IMG/VR virus record: IMGVR_UViG_3300008120_009632
Coordinates: 1-64,000 of that record
DNA from: a virus
DNA length: 64,000 bases
Strand: one strand, 5' to 3'
The notes beneath the pieces were generated by a model. The model was given only the letters and a program-made list of their open reading frames with translations. It had not been told where the DNA came from and did no database searches. The first letter of the stretch is position 1. Every line of letters begins with the position of its first letter. The translations under genes were made by a program, and so were the position numbers. Shown here one piece after another: positions 18,856-28,025 of this stretch.

Positions 18856-20736
18856 TTAAACTCCTTCTACTGATAATATTTGGGAAATATTCATAATTTT
18901 ATCTAACATTGCTATTCCAAGAATATCAAATTTGATTACACCTAAAGATTCAAGATCTTGCATTTCCATACCAGCTATTAACTGTTTATTTTTATTATCA
19001 TAAACCATTGGGCATATTTCAGATAACTTTTCTTGAGATATCACAACACCAGCAGCGTGTTTTGATTGGTTAGATTTTGTTCCTTCTAAACGAATCGCTT
19101 GTTCAAATCTTTTAGCGAGAGGACCGGACAGCGTCCCGTCATCTAGTAAATAACACCATTCCTTGAGTTTGTCAACATTATTTTCTAAAGCCCATCGTAT
19201 AATAGATGCTTCTCCCGTTTCCTCTTTCATTTCCTGCAATTCATCTGCTATCTTGGCTTCGTCAGGGATGTATTTGGTTATTTTATTCATTTCATCAAAA
19301 GAAATATTTCCGTATACTCTTAAGACCTCTTTTAATGCTCCTCTTCCTTTCATAGTATTAAAAGTGATCATTTGAGATACTTTATCATGACCATATTTAT
19401 CTTTGATGTATGCAACAACGTCCTCTCTTTTATTGATAGGAACGTCAACGTCTATATCTGGCATGGATACCCTATCCTCTGTATTTCGTCCAGCATTATA
19501 GAATCTCTCAAATATAAGATCATTTTTTATCGGATCTATACTGGTTATGCCTATCAAATATGAAACAAGACACCCTGCCGCACTACCTCTTCCAGGCCCA
19601 GGAAGCCAACCATTAGAGGCCACGTAGTTAACTATATCCTGCACTATTAAAAAGTAGCTAGACAGACCAGCACCCTGTAAAACAGATAGTTCGTATTTGA
19701 TCCTATTGACATACTCTTCTTGTTTATCTTGTTCTATAATATTTGCAATCTTTTCTTTCCAGCCATTTCTACATAATTGTCTCAGATATTCATCCGGATT
19801 ATCATCGTTCGGACACTTAAACAAAGGCAACATTGGTTTATTTGTAATGTCATAATCTTCACACATAGATGCTAATTCTATGGTTTGTTCTAATTCGTCT
19901 TGATTATGTATTTGTGTCATTTCTTCAAATGAAGGAATATGATATTTGTCGGATTTAAAGAAACAAGACATTGGAGTCTCTTCATCAGAAATTAGTTTTC
20001 TGTTAATGTCTGTTAACGTTGTCTTTAAATTATTACACAAGAGAATTCTTTGATCAACAGCATCATCAGACTCACAATAATGAGCATCAGGAGTTGCTAT
20101 TATTTTAGTATTGGTTATTTTAGCCAATCTTCTAATTTCTTGAGTAAGTTCTATCTGGTCCTTATTTTGTTCTTGATCGATTAGTTGTGCTTCAAGAAAA
20201 AAATTATTTTCTCCAAATCCAGCTTTGAGTTTTTGAATAAGATTAATAGTTGCGTTGGAGTCATTATTCTTTATACTATTTGCTACTAACGATCCAAGAT
20301 GACCAGCAAAGCCAATAATATTACCATCTAAATACGGCAATAGAGTATCTATATCTATTCTTGGTTTGTGATAAAAAATATCAGGACTATTAGACTTTGA
20401 AATAATTTTTATTAAAGATTTCCATCCATGATAGTTTTTAGCCAAAACTATAAAATGACTTAATTTAGAATTTTCTGGAGTTTTGACTGTACAATCATTA
20501 TTGGATATATACAATTCACATCCTAATATTGGTTTTATACCATTCTTCTTCATGGAAGAATAAAATTGTACAGCACCAGATATTGTTCCGTGATCTGTGA
20601 TTGCACAAACTTTAGATCCAATTTTTTGGCATCTTTTAGCTATTTGTTCTGGTTTACTGAGTCCATCCAAAAGTGAATAATGAGTCACTTAGGAATGGAC
20701 GTGTAAAGGGATATATTCCTTAATCACGTCCATCAT
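18856..20736 (-). CDS. dnaE: DNA polymerase III alpha subunit, N-terminal half (PHP + palm), with in-frame TAA at 20691-20689 after codon 15
   Basis: MMDVIKEYIPLHVHS*VTHYSLLDG; TDHG, GCE, DAHY, GPGRGSAAG, FERF, MPDIDVD, KHAAGVVI, KFDILG; SD AAGGAG before ATG 20736. Confidence 0.92.
20695..20733 (-). other. RNA hairpin at the dnaE 5' end (candidate recoding/regulatory element)
   Basis: Perfect 9-bp inverted repeat ATGGACGTG (20733-20725) / CACGTCCAT (20703-20695) with inner AAGG/CCTT pairing. Confidence 0.65.
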
Positions 20737-21786
20737 TTATTCTCCTTCTATGCTTCCTGGAGCTTTATATTTTCCAAACGAATGATTTGGATGTTTATAT
20801 GATTGTACCACAGAATCAATCCCATGCAACTCTAAATCATGTTTGATTTGTTCGCATTTGGTCATAAATTCGCCCTGCTTGCACGTTTGATTATCTCTGT
20901 ATTCTAGTATTGGTAAAATGCTAGAATCAGAAAAGTTAGTTTTTCCAAAATGGCACAATTTATTACACATCCAACTTTTATGCAATTTTGGCTTTTTAAC
21001 CGACTTGATAATCTCAAATTTTTGTCTTAACATATCTTCTGTTTTTTGAAGATCACTCTTATCAAAACATATAGAGAATGGACCACCATCATTAATGAAA
21101 TAGATGGAAAATATAATATGATCTATATGAGGATATAATTGGCTAATAGCATAATGGTATATTCTCAATTGTGGATCATTTTCTAATTTTTCTTGAGTCT
21201 TTTCTTGTCCTGTAGCCCAATCTAATCTTCTTCCAGTTTTCCAATCGATTATTTCAATAGTATTATCATTAACAAGAGTTATTAAGTCGATTGTTCCTTT
21301 TAGCGCCAGATTACCCGTTAAGACCCCGTCTGGTGTTTTAAAAGAGTATTCAGACCACGCTTTATTTATAGTAAAGTCGAAGTGTTGCTCCGGCTCAAGA
21401 ATTTTCCTATTTCTGGGATCAAACATACCATTATTGAATTTGATTGCCTTGTACACCCATTCTGTACAGTCTTTTTTGTCTTTAGGGCTCCATTTATGGT
21501 GTTTGGCAGATACCGAATAATGATTATAGACTACATCTATGATTTTTTCTAGATCATAATTGTTGATATCTATTAAGCCCGCTATATCATCATTGATGTT
21601 TGATTGGTTATCTTGTTCGGCTTTTTTAATAACAGCTAAAATTTCAAGAACTTTATGTACTATTGTTCCTTTATCAGCCTTTTGTCCAGACGGTCCTCGC
21701 CAACCAAGCACATATTCGATAAAATACTGCTGCTCACACATTGAATGAGCATTAAAGCTTGATGATCTAAAATATGTTATTATAAT
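20737..21786 (-). CDS. PD-(D/E)XK nuclease, Cas4/AddB-like with four Cys (Fe-S staple), probable non-AUG start
   Basis: GTIVHKVLE, GTIDLI, IIDWKTG, QLRIY; Cys at HSMC and WMCNKLC...KCE; frame extends upstream as IIITYFRSSSFNAHS to ATT 21786 / ATA 21783. Confidence 0.8.
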   Translation of the reverse strand: MIITYFRSSSFNAHSMCEQQYFIEYVLGWRGPSGQKADKGTIVHKVLEILAVIKKAEQDNQSNINDDIAGLIDINNYDLEKIIDVVYNHYSVSAKHHKWSPKDKKDCTEWVYKAIKFNNGMFDPRNRKILEPEQHFDFTINKAWSEYSFKTPDGVLTGNLALKGTIDLITLVNDNTIEIIDWKTGRRLDWATGQEKTQEKLENDPQLRIYHYAISQLYPHIDHIIFSIYFINDGGPFSICFDKSDLQKTEDMLRQKFEIIKSVKKPKLHKSWMCNKLCHFGKTNFSDSSILPILEYRDNQTCKQGEFMTKCEQIKHDLELHGIDSVVQSYKHPNHSFGKYKAPGSIEGE

Positions 21787-22421
21787 GATAGTGCTCCTTT
21801 GTTCTTAAGAAAATCCAATAACAGCTTATTTTGTTCTTCTATAGAAATTTTGCTATTATTAATAATAAGATCAAAACTTTTTTGGTTGTATACGTTTTCG
21901 TCAAAAGCTATTTCGCTGGCATGATCAGAGTTAAATGGATTCCTAGTAAGTTTAATTACAATACCATTGTTATTTGATACTATATCTTTTTCATTGGGAA
22001 ATCTACAATCCGCTATAATAGCATAATCTGGATTTTCTGTTCTGATTTTATTTATAGTTGAAACAGCCCATATATCATTTTTTATATTTCTAAAAATCTC
22101 TGTACCAATAAATTGCATCACTTGTCTAGCGGTCATTCTTCCGCTCTCGTCATGATCTTTACTAAAAGTCCATGATATATTATATCCCGGAATATTTTTC
22201 CATTCTATTTGGGTTAGAGAATTCTTATGATTATCGTCCCCGTAGCATTGTTCATATGTTAAACCAAGCATATTAATACATATATCTTGCTTTAGAGAAT
22301 CTGCAAAATTATAGACTTTACATGATCCCAGATTATTAGAGACTATCACATCTTGCAGGAATGATGAGCAAGTTGTTTTACCTGATTGTTTTCTTCCTGC
22401 GAATGCTATTATTTTTGTCAT
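21780..22421 (-). CDS. deoxynucleoside monophosphate kinase
   Basis: IIAFAGRKQSGKTT P-loop, FADSLK, RQVMQFIGTE, DCRFPNE, HASE. Confidence 0.9.
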   Translation of the reverse strand: MTKIIAFAGRKQSGKTTCSSFLQDVIVSNNLGSCKVYNFADSLKQDICINMLGLTYEQCYGDDNHKNSLTQIEWKNIPGYNISWTFSKDHDESGRMTARQVMQFIGTEIFRNIKNDIWAVSTINKIRTENPDYAIIADCRFPNEKDIVSNNNGIVIKLTRNPFNSDHASEIAFDENVYNQKSFDLIINNSKISIEEQNKLLLDFLKNKGALSL

Positions 22422-23578
22422 AGAGATAATTTTTCTAGTTCGGGTAATATTTCTTGTTTAATTTCATCAACACTCATTGAGGCTATATCTTCTTTTTTAA
22501 TTACTATATTATGAATGTTATATATTTTGTGACATTTTTTTATCATAGCTTCTGTTGCTTTTTTGCCAGCATCATCATTATCCATAATAAGAACTAGAGT
22601 TAAGGCGCCAGAAATATCTAATAGCATTTTTTGTTTATCAGATAGGGAGCAACCAAAAATAGCTACAGAATTATGTATACCTGATTCTTCTAATCTCCAT
22701 ACATTACCTGGGCTTTCTACAATAATAGCACAGCCAGTTTTTTTAATGAAGTCTTTTGCAAACCAATAATTGTATAAATACTCTTGTGTTTTAAAGTCTT
22801 TATTGTGTCTCCACTTTGACATCAACCAAGAATATTCATTATCTGGACAGGATGCGGCACCATCATGAAAATATGAACATTTATTACATTTTTCATGTAT
22901 ACTGCGTCCTGTGCAACCAACCATGTATTTGTAATCGACATCATATACTGGCACAACAGCACGACTAGTCATCTCTTTATTTTCTGTTACGCAGTCGCCA
23001 ACATCATATTTATTCAGTATGTTTTCAGAAAATCCTCTATCAATAAAATATTTTGATGGTATAACTAACGATTTTCTAATTTGTTGTTTGGTTACCCTAG
23101 ATTGATTATTATTTTGCTTGGTATTAATATAATTGATAGTATTTACAAAGCTGCTTTTTTCTATCGTTTTTTTATCAATTTTAATATCTGATAAATTTTG
23201 CTTTATAAAACTTTGTGCAAATGCTAAGGCTTCGTCGAAGGAGCATACAGGATCTCCATTCTTAACCCAATTATGATTATTATGGGATATAACTCCTCTA
23301 ATAAAACCTATAATCGAAGACTTAAATATTTCCTCACAATTATGAGTACGACATTTCCAATTGCCTCTATAGGTCTCTCCTTCTGGATATAGATTAAGTG
23401 CTGAAGAATTGTCTCCTCCATGTATGGGACAACTCATGGTTATCATTTTGGACAACCTTTTGTATTCTATTCCAAAATAATCTAATAAAGATTCTATATT
23501 ATCGCATAGTTTATCTGATAATAGTTTTAATTTATGTTGATTATACGAAACTGATTTCTTCGTCATTATTGTCTTCAT
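22418..23578 (-). CDS. dnaG: DNA primase (CHC2 zinc finger + TOPRIM)
   Basis: CPIHGGDN...WKCRTHNC; IIVESPG; DNDDAG; likely start ATG 23566. Confidence 0.85.
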   Translation of the reverse strand: MKTIMTKKSVSYNQHKLKLLSDKLCDNIESLLDYFGIEYKRLSKMITMSCPIHGGDNSSALNLYPEGETYRGNWKCRTHNCEEIFKSSIIGFIRGVISHNNHNWVKNGDPVCSFDEALAFAQSFIKQNLSDIKIDKKTIEKSSFVNTINYINTKQNNNQSRVTKQQIRKSLVIPSKYFIDRGFSENILNKYDVGDCVTENKEMTSRAVVPVYDVDYKYMVGCTGRSIHEKCNKCSYFHDGAASCPDNEYSWLMSKWRHNKDFKTQEYLYNYWFAKDFIKKTGCAIIVESPGNVWRLEESGIHNSVAIFGCSLSDKQKMLLDISGALTLVLIMDNDDAGKKATEAMIKKCHKIYNIHNIVIKKEDIASMSVDEIKQEILPELEKLSL

Positions 23579-24998
23579 TTACTATAAATCCATCTTTTTC
23601 ATGTTTAACACCGTTAGATATCTCTAGTTTTGTTTGTCCTTCTGTAATCTTTGCACACCACCCCTTAAGATTAAAATTAATATAATCATTATCGTCTAAA
23701 CAACCACCATGTCTAGATATTAGTGGAACCAGTTTTCTGTTTCCGCTTTTTCCAGAGTCCTCTGCCATTTCCTCGTCAGACTTTCTTTTAAAAATAGAGA
23801 AATTGCTACATAGCCAGATAATCCTATCTGATCCAGACGCTGTGTCGGTGCTCTCTTTAGAGATCCCGTCTCTGTTTAATTGTATGAAACTCAAAATTGG
23901 TATTTGGTACTTAACAGCAAAATTATGCAGTGCTGTCATCATGAATCCTAGAATTTGGTATTCTTTTAGGTCCTGACTAATCCCAGCACTATCCATAAGT
24001 TTTAAATAATCATATATAATAACGCAATCCTTGGCTGTTCCATCTGCATTTAATCCAACATCTTTACATAACCATCTTCTCATTATGCTCAGCTGTTCGT
24101 CGAATGGTTTGCCAGCAATAGACTTATAGTATAGTTTGGTATTCTTTAATGATTCTGTTGCCTCATTGATCTTTTTATTTGTTACTGGAATGGATGCAAA
24201 TTTACCTGTTTCAATACTATTAATTTCTGTCTCTGTCATCATAGCTAATATTCTATGAATATGATCATTCGTGCTCATTTCTGTATCCATATTCAATACA
24301 GGAATGCCCAGTTTATTAGCTATATAAAATCCTATATTGTCAGCCAATAATGTTTTACCAACCTTTGGTCTTGCCGCAATAACATTAACTGTTCCTTTTC
24401 TGAATCCTCCGCCGATAGCATGGTCATATATTGGGAAACCTGTTGATATGCCAAGCTGATCTACAGGATTGCTTTTTAAATAATCAATATAGGTATCTAT
24501 TCCATCTCCAATAGATTTTGGTTCATTATCATTTGATAAATGAGAACCAAAGTCTAATAATGTATCTTCAGCAATAGATAATATAGATGATATTGGTTCT
24601 GAGCCAGTAACATCTAATAATTTTTCTTGTGCCGTTTCTAGCTCCTTATGTAAAGATCTTGCTATTTCAAGCTTCTTTATTTTAGTTGCGAATTGATTGA
24701 TGTTCTCTATACTTGCCGGAAAATCCAAAATAGCCTTTAAATGCTGAGCTTCTTCTTTTTTGCTCAGAATATGCGACATACCCAAATCTTGGGATGCAGA
24801 GTATATAGAGGCTATATCGAGAGTAGTAACTTGTCCATTGGCAAATATATTTTTGATACAACTATAAATTAGTTGATTACTATCTATAGTAAAACATGAT
24901 TCGCTTATGATATCATTAATCTCATAATATGCTTTTTCCCCATATTGCATTATGCAGCTAAGCACCGCTCTTTCCGCTGACGGATCACACAAAACCAT
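23541..24998 (-). CDS. dnaB: replicative DNA helicase
   Basis: SAERAVL, ISTGF..YD, AARPKVGKT Walker A, DTEM, IYDYLKL, QLNR. Confidence 0.93.
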   Translation of the reverse strand: MVLCDPSAERAVLSCIMQYGEKAYYEINDIISESCFTIDSNQLIYSCIKNIFANGQVTTLDIASIYSASQDLGMSHILSKKEEAQHLKAILDFPASIENINQFATKIKKLEIARSLHKELETAQEKLLDVTGSEPISSILSIAEDTLLDFGSHLSNDNEPKSIGDGIDTYIDYLKSNPVDQLGISTGFPIYDHAIGGGFRKGTVNVIAARPKVGKTLLADNIGFYIANKLGIPVLNMDTEMSTNDHIHRILAMMTETEINSIETGKFASIPVTNKKINEATESLKNTKLYYKSIAGKPFDEQLSIMRRWLCKDVGLNADGTAKDCVIIYDYLKLMDSAGISQDLKEYQILGFMMTALHNFAVKYQIPILSFIQLNRDGISKESTDTASGSDRIIWLCSNFSIFKRKSDEEMAEDSGKSGNRKLVPLISRHGGCLDDNDYINFNLKGWCAKITEGQTKLEISNGVKHEKDGFIVNEDNNDEEISFV

Positions 24999-25399
24999 TA
25001 TCCTGGCTCCTTTGAACATCTGTTACATTTATATCTATTCGGTGCATCATTCATTAATGCTGGATTAATACTTTCTTCTCTTCCGCATACCCTGCATTTT
25101 ACATCGACAGGAGAAAACTCTCGCGACCTGATTGTTGGTGGATACTTTGATAATAATTTATCAATTTCGAGATCTTCTTTATGTAAATTTTTTTCCATCA
25201 TCAGGTCAAACTTATTTGCAGATCCAGACCTTTTTGTACGACCGCTTTGTTTTGATACAGAGACGTCTGCCTGCTGTATCTTACCCCTTTTACGTTTGGG
25301 CTTCTCTATTACTTCTGGAACAGATTCATCTTGGTCAGATGACAGCCCCTTCTGTAAAATTGCTATTAATTGTTTGATATCATTATTATCAAGAGGCAT
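24998..25399 (-). CDS. hypothetical protein with C-terminal zinc ribbon
   Basis: CRVC...CNRC. Confidence 0.65.
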   Translation of the reverse strand: MPLDNNDIKQLIAILQKGLSSDQDESVPEVIEKPKRKRGKIQQADVSVSKQSGRTKRSGSANKFDLMMEKNLHKEDLEIDKLLSKYPPTIRSREFSPVDVKCRVCGREESINPALMNDAPNRYKCNRCSKEPG

Positions 25400-25880
25400 G
25401 TTTCACCTTGGTTCTTTGTATAGAAAGAAGTATATCTGATAAATTTTTAATATTATTGGCCAAATAACTTAGTCTATCCATGCGTTGTTGTGCATATTTT
25501 TTAATCTTATATAGATTAGAGGCCCTATCATTGTGTTTGATGGCCTGTAATGATTTCTCTAAGTATCCATAACCTTTATAATTATTTATTTCGTCAGCTA
25601 TGGTCTCTTTGATACTTTCTTCTGCCCAATTAAATCTGGCTATTTCCCTGTTCAAACTACGTTGTAAATAGAATCCGAATTGAGATAATCTATAAGATAT
25701 TTGAGCACAATCTTCTGGATTTAATTTTTCTATCTCATCTCTAGACATACTAAGATAATGGTTTATTTCTGCCTCAGGAACAGAACATCCAGATGAATAT
25801 TCTGGTAGAGATAATGTTTTCTCATAATCGTCTAGAATTTTATCCCAATGCTGTATTTCTTCTTGTGTTGTTTTACTCAT
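25389..25880 (-). CDS. helical hypothetical protein (possible UvsY-like recombination mediator)
   Basis: Coiled-coil-like 163 aa near recA; assignment from size and position only. Confidence 0.4.
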   Translation of the reverse strand: MSKTTQEEIQHWDKILDDYEKTLSLPEYSSGCSVPEAEINHYLSMSRDEIEKLNPEDCAQISYRLSQFGFYLQRSLNREIARFNWAEESIKETIADEINNYKGYGYLEKSLQAIKHNDRASNLYKIKKYAQQRMDRLSYLANNIKNLSDILLSIQRTKVKHAS

Positions 25881-26280
25881 ATTTTAGCTTTTCTTTCCAT
25901 TCTGATTCAGATTCGTGACATGCCAATACTATTTGTCTGATATTATTCTTTTCGCACCATTCTGTTTTTTCTTTGTCTCTTTTCTGAGATTTTAAAAAAC
26001 TAAGAATATTATTATGATAAAATGGAACAAACTTAAAATGCTGTTCACCATGAACTTCTATGCATAATTTAGGTAACGGTAAATAAAAATCTAAATATAG
26101 TGTTTCTGATTTCCTTAAGGGTATTGAAACTTCTTCCAAAATTTGTAGAGTTGGAAAAGTATCAGTAATGAGCTTTCTTGCCATCAGATGGAAAGAAGAC
26201 TTATTGGTAAGTTTACCCTTCGCTATATGACCTGTCAAGTGCCAAGTATGGATATTTCCATCCAAGTCTACGATTTTCAT
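25873..26280 (-). CDS. PD-(D/E)XK-like endonuclease
   Basis: LYLDFYLP...IEVHGEQH...RDKEKTEWC. Confidence 0.75.
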   Translation of the reverse strand: MKIVDLDGNIHTWHLTGHIAKGKLTNKSSFHLMARKLITDTFPTLQILEEVSIPLRKSETLYLDFYLPLPKLCIEVHGEQHFKFVPFYHNNILSFLKSQKRDKEKTEWCEKNNIRQIVLACHESESEWKEKLKYE

Positions 26281-27290
26281 TTGATTCCCAAAACACTCTT
26301 AACATCTTGTTCTATCTTTTTATACGCTTCATTATTTTCTAATAGGAATGCCCTTACTTTTTCCGTTCCTTGAAACTTTGGCTTATCTTCTAAATTAGTG
26401 ATAGTATACCATGCACCACCCTTATTAATAATACCAACATCTGAAGCGAGATTAACAAGTTCTGTATATTTATCTATCCCCTGACCATATCTAATATAAC
26501 TTGTTGTAGTTGCACCAGGAGGGCCAAGAGCAGAGCATACCACTTGCCATTCTATCTCTTGGCCTATTTGTGTATTATCGGTACCAATAATCCATGGCTT
26601 GAATGTTTTTGCTCGTAATTTTATATCCGTTTGATATGCAATAGCTTGTCCGCTCTTTTCTTTAAACTCTGCACCATATCCTGTTGGATTGCCCATTAAG
26701 TGAGTAATACCAATAACTATGTTTTTATTGACAGGTATAACATTTGCAACCTTGCGACAAAATTTTGCTAATAATTTAGCCCCATCAGCTCTTTGCATTT
26801 TATCCATATCGCTTGTAATTTCGGCTTCTGTGCATAATGCTGAATAAGAATCAATAATTAGAATACATCCAGGTATTTCATTAATAATTCTTTCTGCTAT
26901 TTGTAAATACTCTTCAGCATGTAGTATTTTTCCTTGTTGACTACCTATGATATGAAATTTAGTTAGATCTAATCCTGGTATACCTTCTAAATCTCTTTTC
27001 TTAAGTCTACCCTCAATGTTAAGGTAGTACACTTGCCTACCATCTTTAAAAGATCCATAAGCATATTCTTTCTTTTGTGCGGTAGCTGCAAAATCTAATG
27101 ACGTTGTTGTTTTACCGCATTTTGGTTGTCCTGTTAGAACAACGAAACTTCCTTCTGGAATACCTCCATTTAAGGCAATGTCTAAAGATGGTCCTACGGG
27201 AATAGTAAGAACTTTTTTATCTACTAGTGCGTTACCACTTAAGATAATTTCGTCACCAAAATTCTTAATCACATCCTCTTTAAGTGTCAT
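26277..27290 (-). CDS. recA: RecA/UvsX-like recombinase
   Basis: SLDIALNGGIPEG, GQPKCGKTT, IIDSYSAL, GIDKY, KGGAWY, KFQG. Confidence 0.92.
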   Translation of the reverse strand: MTLKEDVIKNFGDEIILSGNALVDKKVLTIPVGPSLDIALNGGIPEGSFVVLTGQPKCGKTTTSLDFAATAQKKEYAYGSFKDGRQVYYLNIEGRLKKRDLEGIPGLDLTKFHIIGSQQGKILHAEEYLQIAERIINEIPGCILIIDSYSALCTEAEITSDMDKMQRADGAKLLAKFCRKVANVIPVNKNIVIGITHLMGNPTGYGAEFKEKSGQAIAYQTDIKLRAKTFKPWIIGTDNTQIGQEIEWQVVCSALGPPGATTTSYIRYGQGIDKYTELVNLASDVGIINKGGAWYTITNLEDKPKFQGTEKVRAFLLENNEAYKKIEQDVKSVLGIK

Positions 27291-27697
27291 TCTAATTCCT
27301 CTAATCTTGAGATAATACTATTCGTTTGTTGCTTGGGCCTAAGAGTCAACTTATCTTTTCTATCAAATTTTTGTGTTAATACAGTATTTTGAGCGTTGAT
27401 CTCATTTTGCATTTTTTCTATTATAGCAGGAAGGTGTGGCGCTCGCAATGAGTATATTTTTTCTGCGTCCTTGTGCCTAAGTGCTGCTATGATAGCTTTT
27501 ACATCATACTTTTCTATTAGTTTATTAGCTGATGCTATTTGATTTCTGTAATATGCAGACCATGATTTCGTAGTCCAAAATCTATAATGTAAATCTAATT
27601 TATCTTTTTTAGCTTTATTTTCACATATTAATTCTGTTATATATTGTGCTGCTGATACCAATTTTCCATTCGAATATTTTGAAGTATATTTATCCAT
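27287..27697 (-). CDS. hypothetical protein
   Basis: ORF; ATG 27697 overlapping the upstream gene end is preferred. Confidence 0.65.
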   Translation of the reverse strand: MDKYTSKYSNGKLVSAAQYITELICENKAKKDKLDLHYRFWTTKSWSAYYRNQIASANKLIEKYDVKAIIAALRHKDAEKIYSLRAPHLPAIIEKMQNEINAQNTVLTQKFDRKDKLTLRPKQQTNSIISRLEELE

Positions 27698-28025
27698 TAC
27701 TCTTCGGTCTAAAGATAGAATTTTCATTGTTATTCACTGTTTGTGTTTTATGTCTTGCTGCGTCATGTTGTTCAGAAGCCTCTTTGGTCATAATTGCTAC
27801 GTTTTTTGTTCTCTTACCAGAGGTTTCTGTTATCATACTTGATTGTTTTACCGGGCTTTGTTTTTCTTCTATGGCATTGCTTTTGTCTGATGAACCATAT
27901 TTTTCCAATGTCTTTATAACTTGTTCTATATTAAGATCAAGCTCTGCTGCTATTCTTTCTTGTGTGGTTCCTTGATTAGCCAACCATCTTATAGCATATA
28001 TCTGTGTTTTATTTAGTTTTGACAT
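27690..28025 (-). CDS. helix-turn-helix protein
   Basis: QGTTQERIAAELDLNIEQV HTH pattern. Confidence 0.6.
   Translation of the reverse strand: MSKLNKTQIYAIRWLANQGTTQERIAAELDLNIEQVIKTLEKYGSSDKSNAIEEKQSPVKQSSMITETSGKRTKNVAIMTKEASEQHDAARHKTQTVNNNENSIFRPKSNG

Noticed and set aside
20689-20691. Genome-wide stop-codon reassignment explaining the TAA in dnaE
   Set aside because: TAA, TGA and TAG all terminate clearly full-length conserved genes here (ssb, recA, nrdB), and coding density is high under code 11.
20683-20697. Classical matched-codon hop (CAT to CAT, or TCC to TCA) across the stop
   Set aside because: Either landing would delete residues of the HxH[ST]xYS motif, so a simple gene-60-style matched hop does not restore the consensus.
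16371-20736. Split intein or full-length group I/II intron joining the dnaE halves
   Set aside because: No intein terminal motifs are present, and the intervening DNA is fully occupied by two coupled ORFs with no room for a ribozyme core.
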